64,000 nt of DNA from an uncultured Candidatus Saccharibacteria bacterium (GTDB lineage: Bacteria > Patescibacteriota > UBA1384 > DTJR01): assembly GCA_964487045.1 (NCBI GenBank), contig CAZAOT010000003.1, positions 136,983-200,982 of the forward strand, written 5' to 3'. The notes under the pieces are model-generated. The model saw only the letters and a list, made by a program, of their open reading frames with translations, made no database searches and had not been told where the DNA came from. The translations under genes were made by a program, and so were the position numbers. Numbering within the stretch: position 1 is the first letter of the stretch; each line of letters starts with the position of its first letter. This document shows positions 32,912 to 42,590 of the stretch, one piece after another.

Positions 32912-34629
32912 ATATTTGCAAAGTATGTAACAAGCAATTCGAAGTTACCAAGGAAGACGAAAAGTTTCTTGAGAAAATATCCCCTAGTTTCGACGAAGAG
33001 ATATTTCTAATTCCTCCCCCAACCCTTTGCCCTGATTGCAGGAATAAAAGGAGACTGGGAGTTAGAAATGTTGTAAATCTTTACAAGCGTAAATGCGATC
33101 TTTGCTCAAAAGAAGTTGTTTCGATGTATTCGCCTGACAAGACGGACATTAAAGTCTATTGCTCTTCTTGTTGGTGGTCGGATAAATGGGACTATAGTGA
33201 TTATGCGAAAGACTATGATCCATCTAGAAGCTTTATTGAGCAGTTAACTGAGCTTAAGAAGGAAGTACCAGCTCCTGCGCTCCTTCACGTTAATTCAGAA
33301 AATAGCGAATATATAAATTTTTCAAACGACAACAAAAATTGCTATCTAGTTTTCTTAGCCGGAAGAAATGAAGATGTATATTATGGATACTGGGCGGAAG
33401 ATAGCAGAAATTGTGTTGATACATCGTTTAGTGCTTATTGCGAAATGTGCTACGAGGGAGTGCTGCTTGGAAATTGTTATAATGTCCACTGGTCAATAAA
33501 TTGTGGTACTTGTAGGGATTCATATTTTATTGAAGACTGCGCAGATTGTAGTGATTGCATATTGTGCAGCGGACTTCTAAAGAAGCAGTATTGCTATAAA
33601 AACAAACAACTATCGAGAGAAGAGTACGAAAAGGTTAAGACGGATTTTCTTGCCAATCTAGAAACAAATCTAGATGATTATAAACAAAAATTCCGACAAG
33701 TAGTCCTGTCCCAACCAAAAAAATACTCCCAAATGCTCCGTAGCGAAGATTGTTCTGGCGATAATATTTTTGATTCTAAAGGCTGTAATAATTGTTTTAG
33801 AGTATCTAAGAGTGAAGATTGCAAGTATTGTTATGATTTAGTTAGCGGAAAAGATTCATACGATGTAACGGGTTTTGGAATTCCGATTGAGCTGGTTTAT
33901 GAATCTCAGAATATTGGATTGGGTTCGGCTAGATGCGCTTTTATTAGTTTTGCTTACCAGCTAAGTGACTCTTATTACTGTGAACATTGTTATTATTCCA
34001 GAAATTTATTTGGTTGCGTTGGGGCTAAAAATCATGCAGAGTTTTGTATTCTTAATAAAAAATATTCCAAAGAAGAATATGATAAATTAGTCCAAAAAAT
34101 TATCGCTGACATGCAGAAAAGAGGAGAGTGGGGAGAATTTTTCCCATCTAGCTTCTCTGCATTTGGCTACAATGAAACTTTGGCGAATGAGTATTATCCT
34201 CTTGCAAGAGAAGAAGCAGAAAAATTAGGTTATAAATGGCAAGAAGTAACCGGAGATGTGCAATATGACGGCGAAGCGTATAATCCTGTTTCGATAGAGC
34301 GTTATAAGACAGATGAGCAAGAAAGAAATAAGCTTCTTGGGAGTGTATTAAAATGTATTAAGTCTGGAAGGCCTTTCAAAATAATGCCCCAGGAGCTACT
34401 TTTTTATATCAGGCATAATATTCCAATTCCTAGAGTACACTATGCTGTCAGGATGACCGATCGTCTTAACTCGATTAACAAAAATGAGCTTTTTCACCGC
34501 CAGTGTATGTGCGAAGAGGTAAATCATAACCACGAAGGAAGGTGCGCGAAAGAATTTGAAACATCTTATTCGCCAAATAGCCAAGAAAAAGTTTATTGCG
34601 AAGATTGTTATTGGGAGAAGTATAGATGA
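32908..34629 (+). CDS. Cys-rich multi-zinc-ribbon protein, paralogue 2
   Basis: Same architecture; GTG start with AAGGAG, GTGA overlap. Confidence 0.85.
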   Translation: MNICKVCNKQFEVTKEDEKFLEKISPSFDEEIFLIPPPTLCPDCRNKRRLGVRNVVNLYKRKCDLCSKEVVSMYSPDKTDIKVYCSSCWWSDKWDYSDYAKDYDPSRSFIEQLTELKKEVPAPALLHVNSENSEYINFSNDNKNCYLVFLAGRNEDVYYGYWAEDSRNCVDTSFSAYCEMCYEGVLLGNCYNVHWSINCGTCRDSYFIEDCADCSDCILCSGLLKKQYCYKNKQLSREEYEKVKTDFLANLETNLDDYKQKFRQVVLSQPKKYSQMLRSEDCSGDNIFDSKGCNNCFRVSKSEDCKYCYDLVSGKDSYDVTGFGIPIELVYESQNIGLGSARCAFISFAYQLSDSYYCEHCYYSRNLFGCVGAKNHAEFCILNKKYSKEEYDKLVQKIIADMQKRGEWGEFFPSSFSAFGYNETLANEYYPLAREEAEKLGYKWQEVTGDVQYDGEAYNPVSIERYKTDEQERNKLLGSVLKCIKSGRPFKIMPQELLFYIRHNIPIPRVHYAVRMTDRLNSINKNELFHRQCMCEEVNHNHEGRCAKEFETSYSPNSQEKVYCEDCYWEKYR

Positions 34630-36323
34630 TAAATAAAGTTTGCAAACAATGCAGCACAGAATTCGAAGTAACTGACACTGATTTAGATTTTTATAAAAAA
34701 ATCGCTCCTACTTTTGATGGCAAGACTTTTGAAATTCCTACTCCAACATTGTGTCCTGATTGTAGGAGACAGAGAAGGATAGCTTGGAGAAATGTTGGAA
34801 ACTTTTATGTCAGAAAAAGCGATTTGTCTGGCCGACAAATAATTTCCTGTGTTGCTCCTAACTCAAAATTCAAAATTTATCACAATGATGAGTGGATGTC
34901 CGATAAATTTGATCCCTACGAATATGGCCGGGATTTTGATTTTTCTACGCCATTTTTTGAGCAATTGCACGAGCTTAGCTTAGAGGTACCGAGACCTCAT
35001 ATGAATTCCGCTCGTAATGAGAATAGTGAATATATAAATAATTCTTCGGACTGCAAAAATTGTTACTTAATAGAAAATTCTACCGAAGCTGAGGATTCAC
35101 TTTATTCTTTAGGCCTTTTTTATTCCAAAGATTGCGTTGATTGTTTTAAAGCGTTTAAAAGTGAAAACTGCTACGAATGTATTAATATTGAGAAGTGCTA
35201 CGGCTGCCATTTTTGCAAAGACTGTGTCAACTGTTCCGAATCATTTCTACTCGAAGATTGCACTGGGTGTAGAAATTGTTATGGTTGTACGAATTTATCA
35301 AATAAGCAGTATTGGATATTTAACGAGCAAAAAACAAAAGAGGAATTCGAAAAGTTTAAACAAATTTTTCTTGAATCTGATATCTCAGAGCGCTCCAAGC
35401 TGATTGATAAGATTAGTGATCTCAGGTCTGATTTACCCAAAAAATTCGCACATGTTCTATCAAATGAAAATTGTAGAGGCGATTATATTTTTCACTCAAA
35501 AAAATCAGATGGTTTTTTTCTCGATAATTGTGAAGATGTGAGCGATTCTACAAACTTGAGTTATTGTAAGGATTATTTCGATGTTGACTATTGGGGTGAT
35601 AATTCCGAAGTCTGTTATGAATCGGCCGAAATAGGAACTCAAGCCCATAACATTTTATTTTCCAGAAAATGTCATGGCAATATTCGCAATATTTACTACT
35701 CGCTTGACTGTTGTTTTGGGTCGCATGACTTGTTCGGATGCTGCGGGATCAAGCATGGAGAGTATTCAATTTTGAACAAAAAGTATTCATCTGAAGAATA
35801 TGAAAAAATGGTTGCTCGAATAATCGAGCATATGCAAAAAAATGGCGAGTGGGGTGAATTCTTCCCATACAAAATGAGCCAATTTGCTTATAACGAGACC
35901 TCGGCGATGGATTATTTTCCATTAACTAAAGAAGAGGTTTTGAAATTAGGATCTTATTGGCAGGATCAATCATCTGATCAAAAATATAATGACGAAGGAT
36001 ATAAGCCACTTGAGATCGGTCAGTATGCAGTTCAGGAAAAAGCTGATGAATTATTAAAGTCTGTATTAGTCTGCGCCAAATCATCTAGGCCATATAAAAT
36101 CCAGCCACAAGAGCTAGCTTTTTATCTTAAGCATAACTTGCAAATTCCTATCTTACATCCAGATGAAAGATATAAGTTACGTTTTAATCAAATCAATCCT
36201 CAAAAAACATGGCATAGAAAGTGTATGAACGAAGGCTGTAATAACGAATTCGAAACAACATATTCCCCTGATCGTCCAGAAAAAGTCTATTGCGAAGATT
36301 GTTATCAAAAGGCGGTATTGTGA
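34626..36323 (+). CDS. Cys-rich multi-zinc-ribbon protein, paralogue 3
   Basis: Same architecture; ATGA overlap. Confidence 0.85.
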   Translation: MINKVCKQCSTEFEVTDTDLDFYKKIAPTFDGKTFEIPTPTLCPDCRRQRRIAWRNVGNFYVRKSDLSGRQIISCVAPNSKFKIYHNDEWMSDKFDPYEYGRDFDFSTPFFEQLHELSLEVPRPHMNSARNENSEYINNSSDCKNCYLIENSTEAEDSLYSLGLFYSKDCVDCFKAFKSENCYECINIEKCYGCHFCKDCVNCSESFLLEDCTGCRNCYGCTNLSNKQYWIFNEQKTKEEFEKFKQIFLESDISERSKLIDKISDLRSDLPKKFAHVLSNENCRGDYIFHSKKSDGFFLDNCEDVSDSTNLSYCKDYFDVDYWGDNSEVCYESAEIGTQAHNILFSRKCHGNIRNIYYSLDCCFGSHDLFGCCGIKHGEYSILNKKYSSEEYEKMVARIIEHMQKNGEWGEFFPYKMSQFAYNETSAMDYFPLTKEEVLKLGSYWQDQSSDQKYNDEGYKPLEIGQYAVQEKADELLKSVLVCAKSSRPYKIQPQELAFYLKHNLQIPILHPDERYKLRFNQINPQKTWHRKCMNEGCNNEFETTYSPDRPEKVYCEDCYQKAVL

Positions 36324-37966
36324 AAAAATGCATAAATTGCAGTGCTCAATATGATGTGACCGACCAAGAAAAATCTTTTCTAAAAAAGATGGATTTGCCA
36401 GAGCCGAAAATTTGTCCGGAGTGTAGGTCGCAGCGAAGATGGGCGCTAAGAAATCAAAGCACTCTGTATAAAAGAAAGTGTGATTTTACCGGTAAGGAAA
36501 TGGTCTCGCTATATGCATCTGATTCAAAGCATAAAGTTTATGCTGAAGATATTTGGTGGTCTGACAAGTGGGATGCCATGGATTATGGCAGAGATTTTGA
36601 TTTTTCGCGGCCGTTTTTTGAGCAATTCAGAGAGTTGCAGTTAGATGTTCCAAGAAGGGGGATGCATCAAGATGGAACAAATGAGAACTGCGAATATATA
36701 ACTTTCGGAATGGGAAATAAAAATTGCTACTTGGCATTTGCGTGTTTCAATTGTGAAAACACTTACTTTTCATTTTTTTCGCTAATGTCTAAGGAAACGA
36801 TTGATTGTCTTTTAGCAATAAGCGGCGAGCTTTTGTATGAATGTATCCACTGCGACAAATGTTATAAATCGTCATATTTAAAAAATTGTTCAAGCTGCAC
36901 TGAATGCTATCTGATGGAAGACTGTAGCGGTTGTAGCAACTGCATTGGATGCAAAAATGTTAATAATAAGCAGTATTATATTTACAACAAACCAGCGACG
37001 AAAGAAGAATTCGAATTCTTAAAACAGAAACTCGAGACGGGTGGTATGAAAAAAGAGAAGGAAAAATTTGATAAGTGGAAGCTAAGTGTTCCAAATAGAT
37101 TTGCTCATATCATAGCCTCACAAGATAGTGATGGGGACTACATCTACAATGGAAAGAATTGTCATAATTGTTTTGGAATTTTGATACAAGGCGCGGAGGA
37201 TAGTGCTAATTGTCAGATGAGCGGTGCGCAGGCTAAAGAAATGTTTGATTGTTCGATGGCGGGGCAGGGAAGCGAACTAATATATGAGATGCAAGCAACT
37301 AGTGGTGCATACCATAGTGCATTTGTTAATTTCTGTAGGTTTTCCAAATTTGTTTATTATTGTGATTGCATCAGCAATTGCGAGGAGTGTTTTGGATGTG
37401 TTGGGCTGAGCAATAAAAAATATTGCATTTTAAATAAACAATATTCCAAAGAAGAGTATGAGGAATTGAAACCAAAGATTGTTGAGCATATGAAAAAAAC
37501 TGATGAATGGGGAGAGAATTTTCCGCTTAAAAATTCACCTTTTCCATACAATGATACGTTGGCGCAAAATTATTATCCGCTAACAAAAAACGAAGCAGAA
37601 AAACTTGGCTTGAATTGGAAGGATCCTGAAGACAATAAGACGATCAAACAAACGGTGAAGGTCGATCCTAATATTGATAATGTAGATGAAAAAATATTGA
37701 ATGCTGTATTGTGTTGTAATAAATGTGGCAAAAACTATAAAATTATTCCCCAGGAATACAGGCTTTATAAGATGCTCAAAGTTTCAATCCCTGACCATTG
37801 TCCGTCTTGCAGATATCAGGAAAGAATTGATCAATTTAAGATTTCTAAATTATATGACCGAGAGTGTATGAACGCGGGTTGTAAAAATAAGTTCAAAACT
37901 CTTTATTCCAAAGAGAGTCCCGAAATAGTCTATTGTGAAAGTTGTTATCAAAGAATAATAATATAG
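36320..37966 (+). CDS. Cys-rich multi-zinc-ribbon protein, paralogue 4
   Basis: Same architecture; GTGA overlap. Confidence 0.85.
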   Translation: MKKCINCSAQYDVTDQEKSFLKKMDLPEPKICPECRSQRRWALRNQSTLYKRKCDFTGKEMVSLYASDSKHKVYAEDIWWSDKWDAMDYGRDFDFSRPFFEQFRELQLDVPRRGMHQDGTNENCEYITFGMGNKNCYLAFACFNCENTYFSFFSLMSKETIDCLLAISGELLYECIHCDKCYKSSYLKNCSSCTECYLMEDCSGCSNCIGCKNVNNKQYYIYNKPATKEEFEFLKQKLETGGMKKEKEKFDKWKLSVPNRFAHIIASQDSDGDYIYNGKNCHNCFGILIQGAEDSANCQMSGAQAKEMFDCSMAGQGSELIYEMQATSGAYHSAFVNFCRFSKFVYYCDCISNCEECFGCVGLSNKKYCILNKQYSKEEYEELKPKIVEHMKKTDEWGENFPLKNSPFPYNDTLAQNYYPLTKNEAEKLGLNWKDPEDNKTIKQTVKVDPNIDNVDEKILNAVLCCNKCGKNYKIIPQEYRLYKMLKVSIPDHCPSCRYQERIDQFKISKLYDRECMNAGCKNKFKTLYSKESPEIVYCESCYQRIII

Positions 37967-37974
37967 GAGATGCA

Positions 37975-38277
37975 GTGAATAATATTAAAACCGCAATAAT
38001 TAACTCGCTTGGCGTGTTCGCTTATGTTGTAGCTATCGCGACTGTGATGAATAACGCCGAAAAACTTTTCGGAAAGGAAGATACAATTGCGACCGGTATC
38101 GCTTTTCTTATGTTATTTACCCTCTCGGCAGGTGTCGTAGGATCATTGATTGTTGGTAAGCCAATATTTATGTATCTCGATGGCAAGAAAAAGGAAGCGG
38201 TTAGTCTTCTCGCTTGGACACTCGGATGTATAGCGGTAATCACATTAATTGTTTTGCTTTATCTTGGGCTTAGATAA
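37975..38277 (+). CDS. Small 3-TM membrane protein inside the paralogue array
   Basis: Three hydrophobic helices; AGGAG RBS. Confidence 0.7.
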   Translation: MNNIKTAIINSLGVFAYVVAIATVMNNAEKLFGKEDTIATGIAFLMLFTLSAGVVGSLIVGKPIFMYLDGKKKEAVSLLAWTLGCIAVITLIVLLYLGLR

Positions 38278-40001
38278 TGGCTACATTAAAATCTTGCAAA
38301 CAGTGTAACTCCAGTTATGAAATTGGAGATTGGGATAAGGAATTTCTTAGCAAAATTTCCCCTACTTTTGATGGCAAGACTTTTGAAATACCGGAGCCGG
38401 AGCTCTGCCCAGAATGTCGGAGGCAGAAAAGATTGATGTGGAGGAACAATAGATCGTTATATAGTCGCAAATGCGATATGTGCTCAAAGCAGATAATTAC
38501 TACCTTCTCTCCAGACAAGCCGTTTGCTGTATTTTGCCAAGATTGCTGGTGGTCGGACAAGTGGAATCCTGAGGACTATGGACAAGATTTCGATTTTAAT
38601 AAAACATTTACTGAACAGTTTGCGGATGTTATGAAAAAAACACCGCGGATAGCACTCATGAATAAGAATTCTGAAAATAGCGAATACTGCCATTATGCTG
38701 GAAACAATAAAAATTGTTATCTGTGCTTCGCTGGCTCTTGGAATAATGAAAACTGTTCTTATGGATATAGATTTGGGGGTTGCAAGGATTGTTTTGACTG
38801 TCACTTTTTAGAAAAATCAGAACTTTGTTATCAAATATTTCATGGGGCAAATAATTTTAAGTGTGCCTTTTGTGATTATATTTATGACTCCAGCGAGTGT
38901 TATTTCTCTTATGATTTGAAAGGGTGTAAAAATTGCATATTCTCGACTGGTTTGAGAAATAAGGCTTATTTTGCATTCAATAAACCGTGCACAAAAGAAC
39001 AATTCGAAGAACTTAAAATGCACATGGAAAGTAATACATCTATAGCGAGAGCCCTAGCAAAATTTGATGCAATAAAAAGAGAAGCGCCTAAGGTGCCAGT
39101 AGTTCAGTTAAAGTGTGAAGATTGTGAGGGTGATAATCTGAGCGGGTGTAAATCCTTGAGAGAAGCATTTGATATTAATGATATGGAGAGTGGTAAGTAT
39201 GTATTAATTGGAGCTTTATCTAAGGATGTGATGGATTGCACGGCAGTTGGCCTTGGCGAAACACAACTTTGTTATTATTGTATGTCGGTCGGCGACAGTG
39301 CATATAATTGCCTTTTCTCAAATGGTATTTGGTCTTCAAGAAACATTATTTACTGTGACTCTATAATCAGCTGCGAAGATTGCTTTGGCTGCGCATCTAT
39401 CAAAAAACAAAATCATTGTATTTTAAATAAAAAATATTCAGAGCAAGAATATGTGCAGATAGTCGCTAAAATTATTGAACATATGAAGGCTAATGGAGAA
39501 TGGGGAGAATATTTAGATAATATGCTCTGCCCATACTATTATAATGAAACTTTTGCTCATGAGTTTTATCCTCTACAGCAATCTGGTGCTGAAAAAATTG
39601 GTTGTAGTTGGCAAACAAAGGATTATTCTCCAGAATACAAAGGAGAGAGCTATGTTGCAGACGACAGCATCCTAGCATTTCAAGACGTGAATAAGGCCGA
39701 AGAGCTGATCAAAGGAATTATAAAATGTGAAGTAACTGGTAAGCCCTTCAAAATCACGCCGAGTGAATTAGCTTTTCATGTAAAACAAAGGATTGCTCTT
39801 CCACTCAAACATCCAAATGTACGATTCGAAGAAAGATTCGCCAAGCTAAACTTTCCCAAGCTTAGTGAAGGTGAATGCTGTTGCGATCAGCAAGGGCATA
39901 GCCACGATGGTAAATGCCAAAATAAGTTTAAGACAACCTATCCACCAGAAAAGAAGGAAAAAGTTTTCTGTGAGTCATGCTATCAAAAAGAAATATTGTA
40001 G
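38277..40001 (+). CDS. Cys-rich multi-zinc-ribbon protein, paralogue 5
   Basis: Same architecture. Confidence 0.85.
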   Translation: MATLKSCKQCNSSYEIGDWDKEFLSKISPTFDGKTFEIPEPELCPECRRQKRLMWRNNRSLYSRKCDMCSKQIITTFSPDKPFAVFCQDCWWSDKWNPEDYGQDFDFNKTFTEQFADVMKKTPRIALMNKNSENSEYCHYAGNNKNCYLCFAGSWNNENCSYGYRFGGCKDCFDCHFLEKSELCYQIFHGANNFKCAFCDYIYDSSECYFSYDLKGCKNCIFSTGLRNKAYFAFNKPCTKEQFEELKMHMESNTSIARALAKFDAIKREAPKVPVVQLKCEDCEGDNLSGCKSLREAFDINDMESGKYVLIGALSKDVMDCTAVGLGETQLCYYCMSVGDSAYNCLFSNGIWSSRNIIYCDSIISCEDCFGCASIKKQNHCILNKKYSEQEYVQIVAKIIEHMKANGEWGEYLDNMLCPYYYNETFAHEFYPLQQSGAEKIGCSWQTKDYSPEYKGESYVADDSILAFQDVNKAEELIKGIIKCEVTGKPFKITPSELAFHVKQRIALPLKHPNVRFEERFAKLNFPKLSEGECCCDQQGHSHDGKCQNKFKTTYPPEKKEKVFCESCYQKEIL

Positions 40002-40047
40002 GAGTATAATATAAGAAAATAATGTCCTTTGGGGCAAAGGAGGGGTT

Positions 40048-40305
40048 GTGAAATTGAGTACGTTGTCATTTGCGGTCACTGGCGGGATCTTTATGGCGGT
40101 TTGCATGGCAGCTGTCACGGTTGCAAGCAGACTAGGAATCGATGGAGCACATGCCATCACAAATGGGATGACTAAAGTCATGGGAAATTTTGGATACAGT
40201 GTCTCGTGGCTAGGTCTATTTATGGGAATATTGCTTGGGTTTATAAAAGGTTTTGTTTTATTTGGATTGTTTTCGGTGATCTACAATTCCATGGTGGAAA
40301 AATAA
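40048..40305 (+). CDS. Small membrane protein
   Basis: Two TMs, GYSVSWLG..G...GF motif; GGAGG RBS. Confidence 0.7.
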   Translation: MKLSTLSFAVTGGIFMAVCMAAVTVASRLGIDGAHAITNGMTKVMGNFGYSVSWLGLFMGILLGFIKGFVLFGLFSVIYNSMVEK

Positions 40306-40375
40306 ATTAAACCTATTTAATCTTGCCGGATTACTCCTTAAGTGCTAGAATAAATTAAGGAATTAATCAATTATT

Positions 40376-40696
40376 ATGCTTTCAAAAGATGATGTTTTAG
40401 CTGTGGCGAAGCTGTCACGGTTAGAGCTAACAGAACCTCAAATCGAAAAGTTTGGAACTCAGCTCTCAAATGTGCTTGAGCTTTTTGATGAGCTTAAGAG
40501 TGTTGATACAGAAAATACACTTGAAACTTCACAGGTTACTGGCCTTAAAAATATTACTCGCGAGGATGCAGTTTTCTACGATGATGATCTGCGACCATCT
40601 AGCACAGATGAGCTTTTGAAGAATGTTCCTGTCAGACGGGAAAATAATATTATTGTTCCGAAGATAATTGATTCAAGCGGGGCGGGTGAGAAATGA
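40376..40696 (+). CDS. gatC: Asp/Glu-tRNA amidotransferase subunit C
   Basis: VAKLSRL, RED, VPKI; operon position. Confidence 0.9.
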   Translation: MLSKDDVLAVAKLSRLELTEPQIEKFGTQLSNVLELFDELKSVDTENTLETSQVTGLKNITREDAVFYDDDLRPSSTDELLKNVPVRRENNIIVPKIIDSSGAGEK

Positions 40697-42165
40697 ATTT
40701 ATTTGATCTTACTATAGATGAGGCTCAGCTTAAGCTTGCTGCTGGTGAAATTACCTCAGTAGATCTAACTAAATCAGTGCTGGAAAGAATTGAATCTGTT
40801 GATGATAAGGTAAAAGCTTTTCTGAAGGTTTTGAAGGATGATGCCTTAAAACAAGCTTCTGAGTCTGATCTAAGACGAAAAGAAGGAAAGACACTTGGAA
40901 AGCTAGATGGTATTCCTATTTCGCTCAAGGATCTTATTTGTTTGAAAAACTGCGAGACGACAGCTTCCTCGAATATTTTAAAAGGCTTTGTTCCCCCTTA
41001 CGATGCAACTATTGTAAATAAATTAAAAAAAGCTGGAGCGGTAATTGTTGGTAAAACAAATCTAGACGCATTTGCTCATGGATCTTCTACTGAAAACTCC
41101 GATTTTTTTACAACCAGAAATCCTTGGGATTTAGACAGGGTGCCAGGAGGATCTTCTGGCGGATCAGCTGCTTCGGTGGCTTCTGGAGAAGCGCTTGCTT
41201 CAATTGGTACTGACACTGGAGGTTCAATCAGGCAGCCAGCATCACTTTGCGGTGTGGTTGGGTTAAAGCCAACTTACGGACGTGTATCTAGAAACGGAGT
41301 GATTGCAATGGCCTCTTCACTTGACGTTGTCGGCCCTTTTACTAAAACAGTTATGGACAATGCAATTATGCTAGAGGTAATAGCTGGTAAGGATCAGCTT
41401 GATTCGACTACGCTTGATAGCGAGGTTCCGTCTTATAGTGACCAGATCAAGGTAGTTAGTGGTATCAAGGTTGGAGTTCCGAAAGAATATTTTGCTGAAG
41501 GTACTGACCCTGATGTACTGGAGAGTATAAATAAAGCGATAGAAATTTTGAAAAATAAAGGTTGTGAGATTGTTGATATTTCCTTGCCTTCTACAAACTA
41601 CGCCCTTTCTGTTTACTATATTTTGCAGCCAGCGGAAGTAAGCTCTAATCTGGGTCGATATGATGGAATCAGATATGGATTTTCGACTCTGAGGGACAAT
41701 CAAGATCAAAGTTTAGAAGATGTTTACTTTTCATCACGTGGCATGGGATTTGGTGATGAAGCAAAGAGAAGAATAATGCTAGGCTCTTACGTATTGTCGG
41801 CGGGCTACTATGATGCTTATTACAAGAAAGCAATGAAACTGCGTACGATAGTGAAAAAAGATTTTGACCAAGCTTTTGAAAAAGTAGATGTAATTCTTAC
41901 TCCAGTTTCTCCAACTCCAGCATTTAAGGCTGGGGAAAAGTCTGATGATCCAGTTAAAATGTATTTATCAGATATATTCACCGTTCCGATTAATCCAGCC
42001 GGTGTTCCTGCGATGTCTCTTCCCGTTGGTTTTGTAGAGCGCGACGGTAGAGAGCTTCCGGTTGGTCTTCAGATCATTGCTCCACAGCTTGCAGAGCAAA
42101 TAATCTTTGATACTGCATTCACGATCGAGCAAGAACTTAAATTAGATAAAAAACCTCAATTATGA
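40693..42165 (+). CDS. gatA: Asp/Glu-tRNA amidotransferase subunit A
   Basis: Amidase signature GGSSGGSA, GTDTGGSIRQPA, RYDGIRYG. Confidence 0.97.
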   Translation: MNLFDLTIDEAQLKLAAGEITSVDLTKSVLERIESVDDKVKAFLKVLKDDALKQASESDLRRKEGKTLGKLDGIPISLKDLICLKNCETTASSNILKGFVPPYDATIVNKLKKAGAVIVGKTNLDAFAHGSSTENSDFFTTRNPWDLDRVPGGSSGGSAASVASGEALASIGTDTGGSIRQPASLCGVVGLKPTYGRVSRNGVIAMASSLDVVGPFTKTVMDNAIMLEVIAGKDQLDSTTLDSEVPSYSDQIKVVSGIKVGVPKEYFAEGTDPDVLESINKAIEILKNKGCEIVDISLPSTNYALSVYYILQPAEVSSNLGRYDGIRYGFSTLRDNQDQSLEDVYFSSRGMGFGDEAKRRIMLGSYVLSAGYYDAYYKKAMKLRTIVKKDFDQAFEKVDVILTPVSPTPAFKAGEKSDDPVKMYLSDIFTVPINPAGVPAMSLPVGFVERDGRELPVGLQIIAPQLAEQIIFDTAFTIEQELKLDKKPQL

Positions 42166-42590
42166 GCTACAAAAATAAAAATAACTCTGGTGGTCCAAAC
42201 TTCTTATACTTTATCGAAAAAGGTGTTGAAGCTTTAGTTGGCAAGTTATTTGCTAAGACGTCCTTTGATGTTTTTCCAAGCGGTGAATTAGAGGAGCGCT
42301 GGAGAGAGATAGAAAGCCTTGATCCGAAATATTCGATTATCGAGGCAGATAAGCTTGTCGATAATGTTTTGAGGCGCGCGGGTTTGCAAGGCAATAGTAT
42401 GGCCGACAGACTCAGAAAAACTGAAAAGCTTGTTGTAAGAAAGGTTTACCAGGAAATGTGGGAAGCACACAAGCTGAGAAACCAAATTGTTCATGAGGTT
42501 GACTATTATGTCAGCGCCGATGCTTCTAGGGTAGCTCTGTGGCAGATGAAAAGATATTTAATAACACTTGGAGCGTTTAAGGATGAGTGA
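42162..42590 (+). CDS. Hypothetical protein with HEPN-like RxxxxH motif
   Basis: IIEADKL, AHKLRNQIVHE. Confidence 0.6.
   Translation: MSYKNKNNSGGPNFLYFIEKGVEALVGKLFAKTSFDVFPSGELEERWREIESLDPKYSIIEADKLVDNVLRRAGLQGNSMADRLRKTEKLVVRKVYQEMWEAHKLRNQIVHEVDYYVSADASRVALWQMKRYLITLGAFKDE

Noticed and set aside
31214-40001. Diversity-generating retroelement acting on the paralogue array
   Set aside because: No reverse transcriptase and no near-identical TR/VR pair differing at adenines was seen.
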